DNA of 64,000 nt from Phycisphaeraceae bacterium (GTDB lineage Bacteria > Planctomycetota > Phycisphaerae > Phycisphaerales > Phycisphaeraceae). The DNA is taken from the NCBI GenBank assembly GCA_963674705.1, contig OY771506.1:1504001-1568000 (forward strand), in the 5' to 3' direction. The notes beneath the pieces were generated by a model that was not told where the DNA came from, did not search any database, and worked only from the letters and a program-made list of their open reading frames with translations. The first letter of the stretch is position 1; each line of letters starts with the position of its first letter. A program made the position numbers and the translations under genes. Positions 20,491-31,175 of this stretch are shown here, one piece after another.

Positions 20491-22938
20491 CTAGTCTTCC
20501 GCGACGGCGGACCAGTCCATCTTGCCCATGAGTTTGAAGATCAGCACCGTCGCGAGGATGCCGTACAGGCCGTAGATCACGGTCCACAGGTAGTTGCCGA
20601 AGCAGGCATGGCCCAGGCTGAAGATCATCGCAAACAAACCCGTCACGCCCAGCAGCCACCCGGTCCATTCAAGCCCGCCGACACGCAGGTGGTTCGGGTG
20701 GCCCGCCTTATCCGCGATCCGCTTCCAGCCGCCCGGTGGCTGAACCCGCTGATAGAACTTAACGAGGTGTTCATCTGACTCCGGCGGCGTCAGGAACGTC
20801 ACCGTCACCCAGATCGTCGTCGAGATCACCAGGTTTAATGTGAACCGCACCGCGTACTCATCCAGCAGGTACTGATACTCGCCCAACTGAAGCAGCTCGA
20901 ATAACCCGTGGAACAACCGGGTGTAGTTCAACAGGACGAATACCATCAACGACGACGCCATAGCTGCGATCTCGCTCCACGCGCTGATACGCCACCAGTA
21001 CCAGCGCAACAGCACCGCGAAGCCCGCACCGGACATCAACTCGAAGAACGTGAACCAGCCCGTCGCGATGTTGTCCGAGTAGTACGCATACATCCCCGCC
21101 AGGATCGCCAGCACCACTGTCGTGATCTTGGAGACCATCACGTACGAGCGTTCGCTGCCCTCAGGGTTGATGAATCGCTTGTACAGGTCGTTCACGACAT
21201 AGGAGGCGCCGAAGTTCACGTGCGTTGAGATCGTGGACATGTACGCCGCCATCAAAGCCGCGACCATCAGCCCCTTGAGCCCGATCGGCAGGTACTTCAT
21301 CAGCATGATCACGTAGGCGTGTTCGGCGGTGTAGTGTTCGCCATACGCCGTCACATCGGGAATAAGGAACAGCGACCCGACGCCCACCACGATCCACGGC
21401 CAGGGCCGAAGCACGTACATCGCGAAGTTGTACCAGAGCATCGCCAGCATCGAGTGCTTCTCATCCTTGCACGAGAACAGCCGTTGCGCCAGGAATCCAC
21501 CGCCTTCACCCCCGCCCCACCACTGCAAACCGAGGAACACGATCAACGCCCAGATCGCGGTCAATCCGCCATTCTTCACATCGAACGGCGGGAGGAATCC
21601 GGTGATCTTCGACGGCGCAACCACCCGATCCTTGTGTACCGCCGCCAGCATCTCGCTCTTCCGCTCGATACCCACTTCGTCCATCTTCTCGATAAGCTCT
21701 GCTTCACTCAGCGATAGATCCGGGATGCGGTAGTAACCCAGCTTCCCGCCCTTCGCATCGCGGTCTTCTCTTAATAAACCGGCCGCGACAAGACGGTCCG
21801 CGATCCCCTTTTCCTCGAACAATTCACGCCCGACCGTGTAGGCCCCTTCCCACAAGCGCATCACCGCGCCTACGGCCTTGTCCGGCATCGTGCCTTCCAG
21901 CATCGCTCGCACCGCCGCGGCATCCAGGTCGGTTGCTGTCCAAACGTATTGCGTGTCGTTATCTGCGACCGGGCGGATCAGGTTCTGCTGAACCAGGTCG
22001 GCAACAACGGAATCTCCTGCCTTGTGCTGGGCTTCGGCCGTCGTGCCTTCTTTGGGCGGCTCCACCGCATCGAGGATGGCCTGCGCGCTGATCGATTGCC
22101 TGTCCGCCGGCGCGACGTTCCTGACTTCTCCGTTGTTCACCGCCGCGACTGCCTGGTCCACCAGTTGTGTCGGCCCGTTCGCCACCGCGAACACCACGAA
22201 CATCAGAATAATCGTACCCGTCATCGCTAGGCAGAACTGGAACACGTCCGTCGCCATCACGCCCCACAACCCGGATATCGCGCTGTAACCGGCCGCGACC
22301 GCGAAGCACACGATGATGCCCGTTGCCTTGGCGGAGATGATCGCCTCGCCATAACCGGGGATCGACAGGATCGACGCCGGGTCTATCCGTGACGCGATCT
22401 CAACACCCTTGGGGATAAACTCCGGCATCCACTGACCCGAAACGAAAACGATCGACGGGATATCCAGCGTCACTTCAAGGATCTTCACCATCGCCAGCGT
22501 TACCCAGCCCATCACCAGCGTGTTCTGGATGATCGACCGGTACGAGGCGTGGAACATACGCAAGCCCGCCGCCGGCGCACCGGCGTAACGAAGCTCCACA
22601 AACTCGACATCCGTCAATAGCTTCGCCCTTCGCCAAAGCCTCGCGAAAAAGAACGTGCACAGCATCATCCCCATGATGCCCCCCCACCAGAACCAGTTGC
22701 GCTCGAGCCCGACCGTTCGCATCCAGCCGGAGATCACCAACGGCGTATCCGCTGCGAAACTCGTCGCCACGATCGATGTGCCCGCCACCCACCACGTCAT
22801 CTTCCTGCCCGCGACGAAGTAATCATCCAAACTGGCCTTGGCGCGTTTGGAAAAGTACAGCCCGATCGCCAGCGTCGCAGCAAAAAACGCCGCGATGATC
22901 ATCCAGTCCAGCAACTCAAGCCCGGGGAGTGTCAGCAT
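20491..22938 (-). CDS. Sodium:solute symporter family protein with a large soluble insertion
   Basis: ATG 22938; DYFVAGR, GTSIVATSFAADTPL, GLWGVMATDVFQ, AQRLFSCKDE, AAYMSTIST, LLRWYWWR. Confidence 0.9.
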   Translation of the reverse strand: MLTLPGLELLDWMIIAAFFAATLAIGLYFSKRAKASLDDYFVAGRKMTWWVAGTSIVATSFAADTPLVISGWMRTVGLERNWFWWGGIMGMMLCTFFFARLWRRAKLLTDVEFVELRYAGAPAAGLRMFHASYRSIIQNTLVMGWVTLAMVKILEVTLDIPSIVFVSGQWMPEFIPKGVEIASRIDPASILSIPGYGEAIISAKATGIIVCFAVAAGYSAISGLWGVMATDVFQFCLAMTGTIILMFVVFAVANGPTQLVDQAVAAVNNGEVRNVAPADRQSISAQAILDAVEPPKEGTTAEAQHKAGDSVVADLVQQNLIRPVADNDTQYVWTATDLDAAAVRAMLEGTMPDKAVGAVMRLWEGAYTVGRELFEEKGIADRLVAAGLLREDRDAKGGKLGYYRIPDLSLSEAELIEKMDEVGIERKSEMLAAVHKDRVVAPSKITGFLPPFDVKNGGLTAIWALIVFLGLQWWGGGEGGGFLAQRLFSCKDEKHSMLAMLWYNFAMYVLRPWPWIVVGVGSLFLIPDVTAYGEHYTAEHAYVIMLMKYLPIGLKGLMVAALMAAYMSTISTHVNFGASYVVNDLYKRFINPEGSERSYVMVSKITTVVLAILAGMYAYYSDNIATGWFTFFELMSGAGFAVLLRWYWWRISAWSEIAAMASSLMVFVLLNYTRLFHGLFELLQLGEYQYLLDEYAVRFTLNLVISTTIWVTVTFLTPPESDEHLVKFYQRVQPPGGWKRIADKAGHPNHLRVGGLEWTGWLLGVTGLFAMIFSLGHACFGNYLWTVIYGLYGILATVLIFKLMGKMDWSAVAED

Positions 22939-22996
22939 CGGCAGAGTGTCTTTCGTTTTAAAAGCATTCGAGCGTATAAACCCTGAGCGTTGCGAT

Positions 22997-23080
22997 ATGG
23001 GTGCCACACTTTGACCCGCAGGGCAAAGTGTGCGTGCAACAGCAAACCTTGTCGCTGCGCGATCAAGATGTGCCACCCAT
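22997..23080. repeat. ~85-bp REPIN/MITE-like element, copy 1
   Basis: Ends ATGGGTGCCACA...TGTGCCACCCAT; internal hairpin cacactttg..caaagtgtg; homologous to 34550-34634. Confidence 0.75.
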
Positions 23081-23168
23081 CAAACGCTACAGTCGGATTC
23101 ATGTCACAAAAAGTGTTTGGGGTCGGTGAGTATGTTGGCACGGCCGATCGACGGCTTCACCACTACGC

Positions 23169-24353
23169 TCAGCTCTGCACGCTGACGGAATTCACGATGC
23201 CCGGCTGCTCATAATCGGCCGGCACCTGACCGACGCGCGGCTGCTCGCCTTCAACGATCTGGATCGCATCGATCGCGGCGAACGCGGCGCCCATGGAACT
23301 GCCGAAGTCGCTGTACGTGGAACATCGCGCCTCGACGTAGCGGTTGGGTAGCGAAACGATCGTCTGGTTGATCACCGATTCGATCGTCTTAAGTACTTGC
23401 TTATTCGTGATGATCACGTTGCCGCCCAGGATCACCGCTTCAGGATCAATCAGGTTCACCACACTCGCCATCGTGTGCCCAAGGTCCGTGCCGATGCGGA
23501 TCAGCTCCGGCGTCAACGGCCCGTCAGGCTCCGCCAGCAATTCAAGCTGGTCCGGCGTGACACATTCGGTCGGGTCCGGATCGAGGATCGCGTCAACTTC
23601 ACCCGCGCCGAAGTGGACGCCGCGATGAAGCTTGTGGTTGATGAAGTACGTCGAACCCAGGCCGTAGATCTGGATCACATCGTTGTGCTGCTGCGAACTT
23701 ACAAAGAAGTAGATGAACGTGCCAAGATCGCGGGCGCTGCCCTGGTGCGCCTCCGCTACAGCAGCGAAGTTCGCATCGTTATCAACAAGCACAGGCACGC
23801 CCAGTGCATCGCTGACCATCCGGCCCATCGGGTAGTTCTTCGTGTTCAACCACGTCGACGTTAGCAACACGCCACGCGTGTAATCCACCACGCCCGGCGT
23901 CGCGATCCCGACGCCCAGCAGCTTCTTCATCGATTCATCGTGCGCCGTCGCCCACGATCGGACATGGCTGGACAGTTGCCGGGGGATGTCGTCCACGCTG
24001 TGGCCCGTCGCCATGTGCTCCTGGCCCAGGACTTTGCCGGCCGCATCTAGGTAAGACAGCGTCATCGAATCACGGTCGATACTCAGCCCGACCACCCATC
24101 CCAGGTCCGGGTTGATCTCCAGCAGCAACTGCTTCTTGCCCACCGTCTTGGATTCCGCCTTGCCGACCGTTCGCACGACCTGGTTTTCCAATAGTTCGCG
24201 GACGATATAGGTCAGTGTCGAGTTACGCAGGCCCGTGATCTGGGCAAGCTGTTGGCGCGATAGCACCCCGTGGTGACGCAGCAACTGCACCGCCAGCCGA
24301 CGGTTATGAACCGCCGAAATGGTCTGAGTCGATTTTTTAACGGCACCACGCAT
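23169..24353 (-). CDS. ROK family transcriptional regulator
   Basis: N-terminal HTH (LSRQQLAQITGLRNSTLTYIVREL); GVGIATPG, DNDANFAAVAE, GAGE, NLIDPEAVILGG. Confidence 0.9.
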   Translation of the reverse strand: MRGAVKKSTQTISAVHNRRLAVQLLRHHGVLSRQQLAQITGLRNSTLTYIVRELLENQVVRTVGKAESKTVGKKQLLLEINPDLGWVVGLSIDRDSMTLSYLDAAGKVLGQEHMATGHSVDDIPRQLSSHVRSWATAHDESMKKLLGVGIATPGVVDYTRGVLLTSTWLNTKNYPMGRMVSDALGVPVLVDNDANFAAVAEAHQGSARDLGTFIYFFVSSQQHNDVIQIYGLGSTYFINHKLHRGVHFGAGEVDAILDPDPTECVTPDQLELLAEPDGPLTPELIRIGTDLGHTMASVVNLIDPEAVILGGNVIITNKQVLKTIESVINQTIVSLPNRYVEARCSTYSDFGSSMGAAFAAIDAIQIVEGEQPRVGQVPADYEQPGIVNSVSVQS

Positions 24354-24484
24354 GAGTTGTTATCCAGTCAACGAAAAGTTCAAGTCAATCGAGCGGATTT
24401 ATGTCCCATTTATACCTGAAAAAACCGACTATCTGCAACGTTAATCCTGATTTATAGAATCCCAACGCTGTTTTTCAGGCGTCG

Positions 24485-25294
24485 TTACGGCAGGTCAGGC
24501 CGGACGTGACGCTTCAGCACCGAGTCCATCGAGCGTTTTTCCACGTGGCCGTCGAAGAACGAGAAGGTCGCTGAATTATTACCCCCGTGCCGCCAACGGA
24601 TGTCAGCACTGCCAAAACCGGAGGTTTCTCTGTCCTCGTTTTGACCGGGATCGATCGCATCTTCGTTATCGTCAGCCTGCGGGTTGAACCAGCAGCCGGG
24701 CAGCGCCGGATTACGCCGTGCCATGAACACCGAGTTGTTATCAAGCCGCAATGCCGTGGCGTAGACGTTGTATTCCGTGATCTCGCCGGTATCCGGGTCC
24801 ACAAAGTTGCGATCCTTGAACTGGATACCGTCCATGATGTAAACCAATTCCGTCTGGCGCTTGATCATGTCCAGCGTGAAGTATGGCGGGACATTCTTGC
24901 CGCTGGCGATGGCGGCAGCCGTATCCAGCGGGTCGTATCCGATCACCGGGTGGATTGAGTAATGCAGGATGCCCTGGTCGATCGTGGCCGCGGGGCATTG
25001 GAACATCTCGCCGTGCTCTGTCTCACCGGTGCCTGTCTGCATCGTGTAATCGTTGATCAGAACCGACCAGTAAATCGGCGGGCTGCTGTTGGTGTACCCG
25101 ATCGGCAGGATCTCGCGGTTGTCCGTCGCATACCCAAATACCCCGATCATCTGCTGGCGGACGTTCGAGGAGCACTTCACATCCTGTGCCACGCGCCGTG
25201 CAGCGCCGAGGGCGGGAAGCAGGATCCCGACCAATAACGCGATGATCGAGATGACCACGAGAAGTTCAATAAGCGTAAAACCTTTGCGTTTCAT
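24485..25294 (-). CDS. Prepilin-type N-methylation / DUF1559-like protein
   Basis: [36 protein letters not shown]....FFDGHVE. Confidence 0.9.
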   Translation of the reverse strand: MKRKGFTLIELLVVISIIALLVGILLPALGAARRVAQDVKCSSNVRQQMIGVFGYATDNREILPIGYTNSSPPIYWSVLINDYTMQTGTGETEHGEMFQCPAATIDQGILHYSIHPVIGYDPLDTAAAIASGKNVPPYFTLDMIKRQTELVYIMDGIQFKDRNFVDPDTGEITEYNVYATALRLDNNSVFMARRNPALPGCWFNPQADDNEDAIDPGQNEDRETSGFGSADIRWRHGGNNSATFSFFDGHVEKRSMDSVLKRHVRPDLP

Positions 25295-25425
25295 GATTTA
25301 TCCTTTTCATCACGGCACTTTTGGCCCGGAGAAACCTCTGGACCCGGGTTTTCCTTCACAACGAGATCAATTGTAAAAGGACAAGCTTGCCATGTCAATA
25401 AATTTTCATTGCGTGTATAAAATAA

Positions 25426-27420
25426 TTATGCGCCAGTCCACGCCTGCGACGCCGCCGCGTGACGGGTCGCCAGCTCGATGTTCCGATTGTTCCGCCGATA
25501 CAGCTTCGCCAGCCAGTGATGCGCCCCGCGGTGCGTCGGGTCCATCCCCAGGCTCGTTTGCAGCGCCAGGATCGCCTGATCGTCCATGCCCAGCTCCGCC
25601 AGCGCCTGGCCGAGTGTCCGGTGGGCCCGGGGGAACTGATGGAACAGCCCGACCGCCTGTAGCGCCAGCTCGACCGCGCGTGCGTGTTCGCCATTGGCGA
25701 TGCACACCTCTGCCAGGCTGTTCAGCGCTGTGGGATTGTCCGGATCGGCTTCAAGCACACGCCCGAGCACCGACTCAGCCTCATCCCAACGCTTCTGCAT
25801 GCAGTACACCTTGCCCAATCGCTGAAGCAATCCCGCAGCATCAGGCGTCGCTTTCTTCACTTCATCAAAACACTTCAGCGCACCGTCGATATCCCCCCGC
25901 GCCAGCATCGCATCACCCATGACAAGCTGGATCGTCGGGTGCGCGATCTGCTGCTCATCAAATGCTTCACGCAACACGCGCTCGCAATCGTCTGCATAGC
26001 CCTGCCCCAGGTACGCACGCGCAAGTTTCATCTGGAAGTAGCTGCGATGTTTTTCATCAGCAAGCTCGATCAGCTCCTGCCAGACCGGGATCGCCTCGGC
26101 CGCGCGCTTGCTGTCATCGAGCGCCCGCGCGAGGTTGTGTTTCATGTCCATGGTTGTGTTGTGGATCGCCTTCTCCGCATCGTCGCCCGGGTCTTCGATG
26201 TAACCGAGTTCGACGAGTTGCCTGATCGCCTCGGCTGCGGCGACGGGGTCTTCGCAGTGTTCGCCTTCATGCGTACCGCTGTCGCCTTCGATCTCATCCC
26301 AGCTCATCACACGCTCGATCTGCACCGGCGGGTCCATGATCTCAAGCCAAGGCCGACCATCCATGTCCGCACCGACCGGCAAACCCAACAACGTAAGAAT
26401 CGTCGGCGTCACATCCAATAGCGTCGCGCCGTACAAGCGCTCCTGCTTCTTGATGCCGGGCCCGCTTGCGACCGCGATACCGTACGGGCTGTGCCAACCC
26501 TCGGGATTGTCCATCCCGTTGGTGCTCGGCCGATCTTCTTCGTTATGAAAACCGTGATCGCTCACAACGATGACGGTTGTATCTTCACCCGCCATTTCGA
26601 GTGTCGCCTGCAGCATCAAATCCTGGAAGCGATACACGCCGTTCATCACATCACCGAAGATCTGCGCATCTTCATCGCTGATGCCCGGCATCTGCGGCGG
26701 GTGGTACGGCATGAACGCGTGGCCGAAGTGATCGATCGCATCGAAGTAGATCGCGGTAAAGTCCCAAGGCTCTTTGTACATCAGGTAATGCGCCGCCGCC
26801 TGTACGGTCGCCATGCGCGAAATCAACATCGCCAGTTGCATCAACCGGTTGTCTTTGGTTTGATCGATGCGCGCCGCTTGTGGCACGAAAGGTGTCAGTG
26901 CGTCGCTATCCAGCAGTGTTGGATCGACAACCAGCTCAAGCAGCTTCTCTGCTAACTCGGGCGGATGACACAAGCCCGGCTTGGCCTCGCGCATACTCGC
27001 GTGCACCTTGCACAGCGCCGGATAACGATCCGTCACGATCGCGCCGTTGATCGGCTCTGCCGGTTCGGAAGCAAACCAGCTCACGATGTTCGACCGCATG
27101 CCGTTCTGCGTGAGGATATTCCAAAGCGCTTTGCACTTTCGGCTCGTGCTGGTCACGGGGCGCACGCCCGTGCCGTCGGGATTTGGTTCCATGAAGCCGT
27201 GAATCCCGTGCTTGTCGGCACGTTTGCCGGTCGCGATCGAGTTCCAGAGCATCGGCGACAGGATCGGGCGGATGGTCGCCAGGTTGCCGCTTACGCCGTT
27301 GTCGATCAGGCGTTTAAGGTTGGGCATCCAGCCTTTTTCTATCAGCGGATTGATGATCTTCCAGTCGGCGGCGTCCCAGCCGATGAGTAACACTTTGCTT
27401 GCACTTCGTTGCCCGCTCAT
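25426..27420 (-). CDS. AlkP-superfamily phosphodiesterase/sulfatase-like enzyme with C-terminal TPRs
   Basis: LLIGWDAADW, SPMLWNSIATG, DAIDHFGH, VSDHGF, LLDVTPT, LVELGYI, then TPR helices; start 27420 or 27438. Confidence 0.85.
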   Translation of the reverse strand: MSGQRSASKVLLIGWDAADWKIINPLIEKGWMPNLKRLIDNGVSGNLATIRPILSPMLWNSIATGKRADKHGIHGFMEPNPDGTGVRPVTSTSRKCKALWNILTQNGMRSNIVSWFASEPAEPINGAIVTDRYPALCKVHASMREAKPGLCHPPELAEKLLELVVDPTLLDSDALTPFVPQAARIDQTKDNRLMQLAMLISRMATVQAAAHYLMYKEPWDFTAIYFDAIDHFGHAFMPYHPPQMPGISDEDAQIFGDVMNGVYRFQDLMLQATLEMAGEDTTVIVVSDHGFHNEEDRPSTNGMDNPEGWHSPYGIAVASGPGIKKQERLYGATLLDVTPTILTLLGLPVGADMDGRPWLEIMDPPVQIERVMSWDEIEGDSGTHEGEHCEDPVAAAEAIRQLVELGYIEDPGDDAEKAIHNTTMDMKHNLARALDDSKRAAEAIPVWQELIELADEKHRSYFQMKLARAYLGQGYADDCERVLREAFDEQQIAHPTIQLVMGDAMLARGDIDGALKCFDEVKKATPDAAGLLQRLGKVYCMQKRWDEAESVLGRVLEADPDNPTALNSLAEVCIANGEHARAVELALQAVGLFHQFPRAHRTLGQALAELGMDDQAILALQTSLGMDPTHRGAHHWLAKLYRRNNRNIELATRHAAASQAWTGA

Positions 27421-27519
27421 GTTCGGTCCTGCTTGCATACGGTTTGTTCAAACAACGTTGGGCGGAGACTTTCATCTCCGCCCAACACGCTGCATTCATA
27501 CATAACAACCGGAGGTTAC

Positions 27520-28239
27520 TTAAGACGCTCGACGGCGCAGGCCGATCGCACCGGCGCCCATCGCCAGCAGAGCAAGCGATGTCGGTTCGGGGATGACCAA
27601 ACCGGTGTCCGGCTGGTCTTCCCAGATCATCAAACCAAGCGTGACGCGCACCGGATCGGTCGAGAAGTCGCCGACGCCGTGCGGATCTCCGTCGCCGGTC
27701 TGATCCAGCGAACCGAGCCCGGCCAGTTCCTTGATCTGGATCGCACCGAAGTGTGTTTGACCCGCGATCTTGAACTTCACGCCGACCCAGTCGCCGTTTT
27801 GCGTGTGGAAGATCTGATAGCGATATCCGCCGTAAAGCGGAACGTACGGCGTGACGAACATGAAGTTCAAGCCGCCGCCGGCCATGTCGCTGCTGCTGTC
27901 GACGGTGTCACCTGTCTGGAAGCCGACGACGTAGTAGGCCAGCGAGCCCGTGGTGCTGTCTGACAGCACGGCATTGCCCGGGAAGCCGGTCATGCTGATC
28001 GCGTTCAGGAACACGCCCATACGTGTATCGTTCGCGCCGTCGCCGTTGATGTCGATATCGACGGTGTAGTCGTCGCCGTTGGACGCTAGGCCGGTGTGGG
28101 CGAACGTCGTGTTGAGCAGAGCCGTGCTTTCCTGCACCGCGGCCTGTGCGCCGGTGCCCATGGCAAATGCGCCCATACCCGCAGCAGCCGAGTAGGCCAT
28201 CAGCCTGCCGGTTGAACTCCGATCAAGAACCTGTTTCAT
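27520..28239 (-). CDS. PEP-CTERM protein with LMAYSAAAG leader
   Basis: Signal ..AQA; YYVVGF; THFGAIQI; IPEP+TM+RRR. Confidence 0.85.
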   Translation of the reverse strand: MKQVLDRSSTGRLMAYSAAAGMGAFAMGTGAQAAVQESTALLNTTFAHTGLASNGDDYTVDIDINGDGANDTRMGVFLNAISMTGFPGNAVLSDSTTGSLAYYVVGFQTGDTVDSSSDMAGGGLNFMFVTPYVPLYGGYRYQIFHTQNGDWVGVKFKIAGQTHFGAIQIKELAGLGSLDQTGDGDPHGVGDFSTDPVRVTLGLMIWEDQPDTGLVIPEPTSLALLAMGAGAIGLRRRAS

Positions 28240-28474
28240 TTTTCTCTCCTTCCGTTAGGGACCGGCGGACGCCGACACGACGCCCCTCTCACCGCTCACC
28301 CGTTAACTGATATGACTTTCATGACAATCCGTGGATCACGCGTCCATCGGGTACTGGTAACTGCATCCTTATGTCGTTTAATTGGGTCGGTCGGTCTGCC
28401 GTTGACATACGCCGCCCCGGAAGACGGCGTGCTGCAAGCTGCACACCGTCCGACCCGGGCCGACATTTTTTGAT

Positions 28475-29563
28475 TTAGTTAGACCTGCGCCGACGCAGAC
28501 CCAACGCGCCGTAACCACCTGCCAGCAGGACCAGCGACGCCGGTTCGGGAACCGCGGCACTATTTGTCGGTGGGGTTCCGGCATTCCAGTTGCCTAGCAC
28601 AGCATCCAGGTCATCCAAGCCGACGAAGCCGTCGCCACCGCTCATCCCCGAGGCGCGACCGGAATCATCCGGCTGGATGTAGCCCGCGATATCACCACTT
28701 GCCCAGTCGCCGTGATCGACATTCTGATTCCAGTTGCTCAGCACGATGTCCAGATCGTCCAGCCCGACGAAACCGTCGAAGTTCAGATCACCCATCATCG
28801 GCGTAGAAATCGGTGTGTCCGGTTCGGTCTCGATCGCATAGCTGTGGAACTTCGCGGTGGTGAAAGTAGACGGGCCGGTTTGACGGCCGACCTGTACCCA
28901 ACCGTAGTGCGTGCCATCCGTGCCCTCGAAGCTGAAGGCCACGAACCCACCCTGCACGACATGTGTCGACGCGTCGTTATCGCCCACGCCGAAGCTGCCG
29001 AGCATGGTCAGGAAACCGGTGTAGTAGTCATAGTTGATGACGCCGACGGTTTTCTGCGTGCCGTCGATCGTAACTTCGGGACCGAAGCCAACGACGTAGT
29101 ACGTGTTGTTTGCCCACTCGGTGGTATAGAACGGGTCCGACGGATCGAGGTTCGCCGCGTTGTCCGGGTCCAGATCCACTTGGGATGAGAACACGAAGCT
29201 GGTCACGCCAGCAAAACCGGGCGTGTCACCCCGGCAACCGGGATAGTTGGCGCTGTCGCACCACGGGCTGACCTGCACGCCGAACTTGCCGGCGTTGATG
29301 AAGTGGTCGTAGCCGTTGGGATTGGCGCTGGTCTGCAGATCGAACGACAGACCTGCATCCCAGTTGATGTAATTGAAGTCGTCGCCGGCGGCGCCGTTCG
29401 GCGGGTTCGGGTTCGCGGCAACGCTCCATTCCAGGTCCAGGTTAAGGTCTTGAACGAAAACCAACGCCTGAGCATTCGGTGTGACCGCGTAAGCCCCCAA
29501 GCCTGCGGCGGCAGAATAGGCCATCAATTGCTGAAAACTGCTGCGACTGATCCGATCTGGCAT
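28475..29563 (-). CDS. PEP-CTERM protein with LMAYSAAAG leader and dockerin-like doublet
   Basis: RBS gaaggag before ATG 29563; YYVVGF; THYGWVQV; GDLNFDGFVGLDDLD / GDGFVGLDDLD; VPEP+TM+RRRR. Confidence 0.85.
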   Translation of the reverse strand: MPDRISRSSFQQLMAYSAAAGLGAYAVTPNAQALVFVQDLNLDLEWSVAANPNPPNGAAGDDFNYINWDAGLSFDLQTSANPNGYDHFINAGKFGVQVSPWCDSANYPGCRGDTPGFAGVTSFVFSSQVDLDPDNAANLDPSDPFYTTEWANNTYYVVGFGPEVTIDGTQKTVGVINYDYYTGFLTMLGSFGVGDNDASTHVVQGGFVAFSFEGTDGTHYGWVQVGRQTGPSTFTTAKFHSYAIETEPDTPISTPMMGDLNFDGFVGLDDLDIVLSNWNQNVDHGDWASGDIAGYIQPDDSGRASGMSGGDGFVGLDDLDAVLGNWNAGTPPTNSAAVPEPASLVLLAGGYGALGLRRRRSN

Positions 29564-30032
29564 CACCCCTTCTCCTTCATCTATTTGTTGTTTGAACACC
29601 TGTGAGACACAGTTTGGTTAAGTGGATTCCCAGTCAGCGCCACGCCATCTGTCGCAGAACCGACATTACCGATGCTCATATATAACACCGCACACTCTTT
29701 GAGTCAAGAATTTTATTTCGTTGACTGAAATTTATATTTCACCCCCCGAACATTCATTCCCGCTTCTACCGGTCGGCGTAAACCCATTGGGCGAGGGTTT
29801 AAATCGTTGTTTTGCAAATATATGAAACATTATTGCCGGATTCCTGGGTTGGCCCGCGCCGATACGCCATAAAAGCTGCTCACAGCAGCATCCAAAAATC
29901 ACACGGCCACAACAACCCATTTTGACTATCAATACCTTGACAATTGGTCAATAGTTCATATGATGAAGAAAAATATATACCCCATCTCTCTTCATGGCAA
30001 TTAACCAGACTGTGAGCAGATGAGGACGTTTT

Positions 30033-31112
30033 ATGGTGTCAGGAGCACTCAGTAACAGCATGAAATACCCCCATCTCCGCTTGTTCTGTCCCACACACCA
30101 CTTACGTGTGATCAGCCCGAACGCGATCGGGTTCGGCCGCTGGCGGACCATCGTTTTACTCACCGTGTGTCTGTTGACTTGCCTCTCCACCGCCAAGGCG
30201 GATCAGGGAGCTACCCCTGCCCAGGCTAACAACAGTCATATCAAAGGGATGTGGGTCTGGCACAGCCAGTTCATCTTCGACCCAGTGCAGCGCCAAGACA
30301 TGCTCGCGTTCTGTCAGCGCCAGGGCATCAACCTGCTGCTCGTGCAGGTCCACTACGACAAGCAGGCCGACCCGATCGTCATCAAGAACCCGCAGGCCTA
30401 CATCGACCTGGTCCAGGAGGCCCACGAACGTGGTATCCGCATCGAGGCGCTGGACGGCGAAAAGTCCATGGCCCAGTCGCACAACCAGCCCAAAACCTTG
30501 GCCGTGCTGCACGCTATCCTTGATCTGCATGCGCAAATGCCTAAAGGGAAGGGCTTTGCGGGCGTTCACTACGACATCGAGCCTTACATCCTCGACGAAT
30601 GGTCCGACCCCGCCCAACGCACCGTCATCCTCCGGGACCTGCTTACCTACTACGACAAAGCCAAGCAGGTGATCCGCGAGGCGGACCCCGACCTGACACT
30701 CGCCTGCGATATCCCCTTCTGGTTCGACACGCAGAAAACCGAGGACGGCCTGCCGATGGCGGTCGAATATGCCGGCACGACCAAGCCCGCGCAGCAGCAC
30801 ATCCAGGATATCTGTGATTACATCGGCATCATGTCCTACCGCCGCGACGCCGTCGGGCCGAACTCGATCAGCGGTGTGGTCCAGGACGAACTGGCTTACG
30901 CAAAACGTATCGGTAAAGGGATTTGCGCTTCGGTGGAAACCGTGCCCTACCCGGAAGTGCCGACGATCTCGTTCCACGGCCAGCCGGCGTCGCTGTTTAA
31001 CGAACGTTTCGCCCAGGCCTGGCAGACGCTCGAACCTGAGCCCGGTTTCGCGGGCATGCTGATCCATTGTTATCCAAATGTTCGCGAACTGATCGAGCCC
31101 GATGCCGACTAG
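30033..31112 (+). CDS. Secreted putative TIM-barrel glycoside hydrolase-like protein
   Basis: Signal-like hydrophobic stretch ending AKA; GMWVW, GVHYDIEPY, DIPFW, IMSYR, SVET; family not assignable by eye; true start probably downstream (30060). Confidence 0.55.
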   Translation: MVSGALSNSMKYPHLRLFCPTHHLRVISPNAIGFGRWRTIVLLTVCLLTCLSTAKADQGATPAQANNSHIKGMWVWHSQFIFDPVQRQDMLAFCQRQGINLLLVQVHYDKQADPIVIKNPQAYIDLVQEAHERGIRIEALDGEKSMAQSHNQPKTLAVLHAILDLHAQMPKGKGFAGVHYDIEPYILDEWSDPAQRTVILRDLLTYYDKAKQVIREADPDLTLACDIPFWFDTQKTEDGLPMAVEYAGTTKPAQQHIQDICDYIGIMSYRRDAVGPNSISGVVQDELAYAKRIGKGICASVETVPYPEVPTISFHGQPASLFNERFAQAWQTLEPEPGFAGMLIHCYPNVRELIEPDAD

Positions 31113-31175
31113 GAGCGTGTATATGATTGTGCACCCGGTCGGAGTGGGGCCGATTGGCAGGAGTATTGATTCAGT

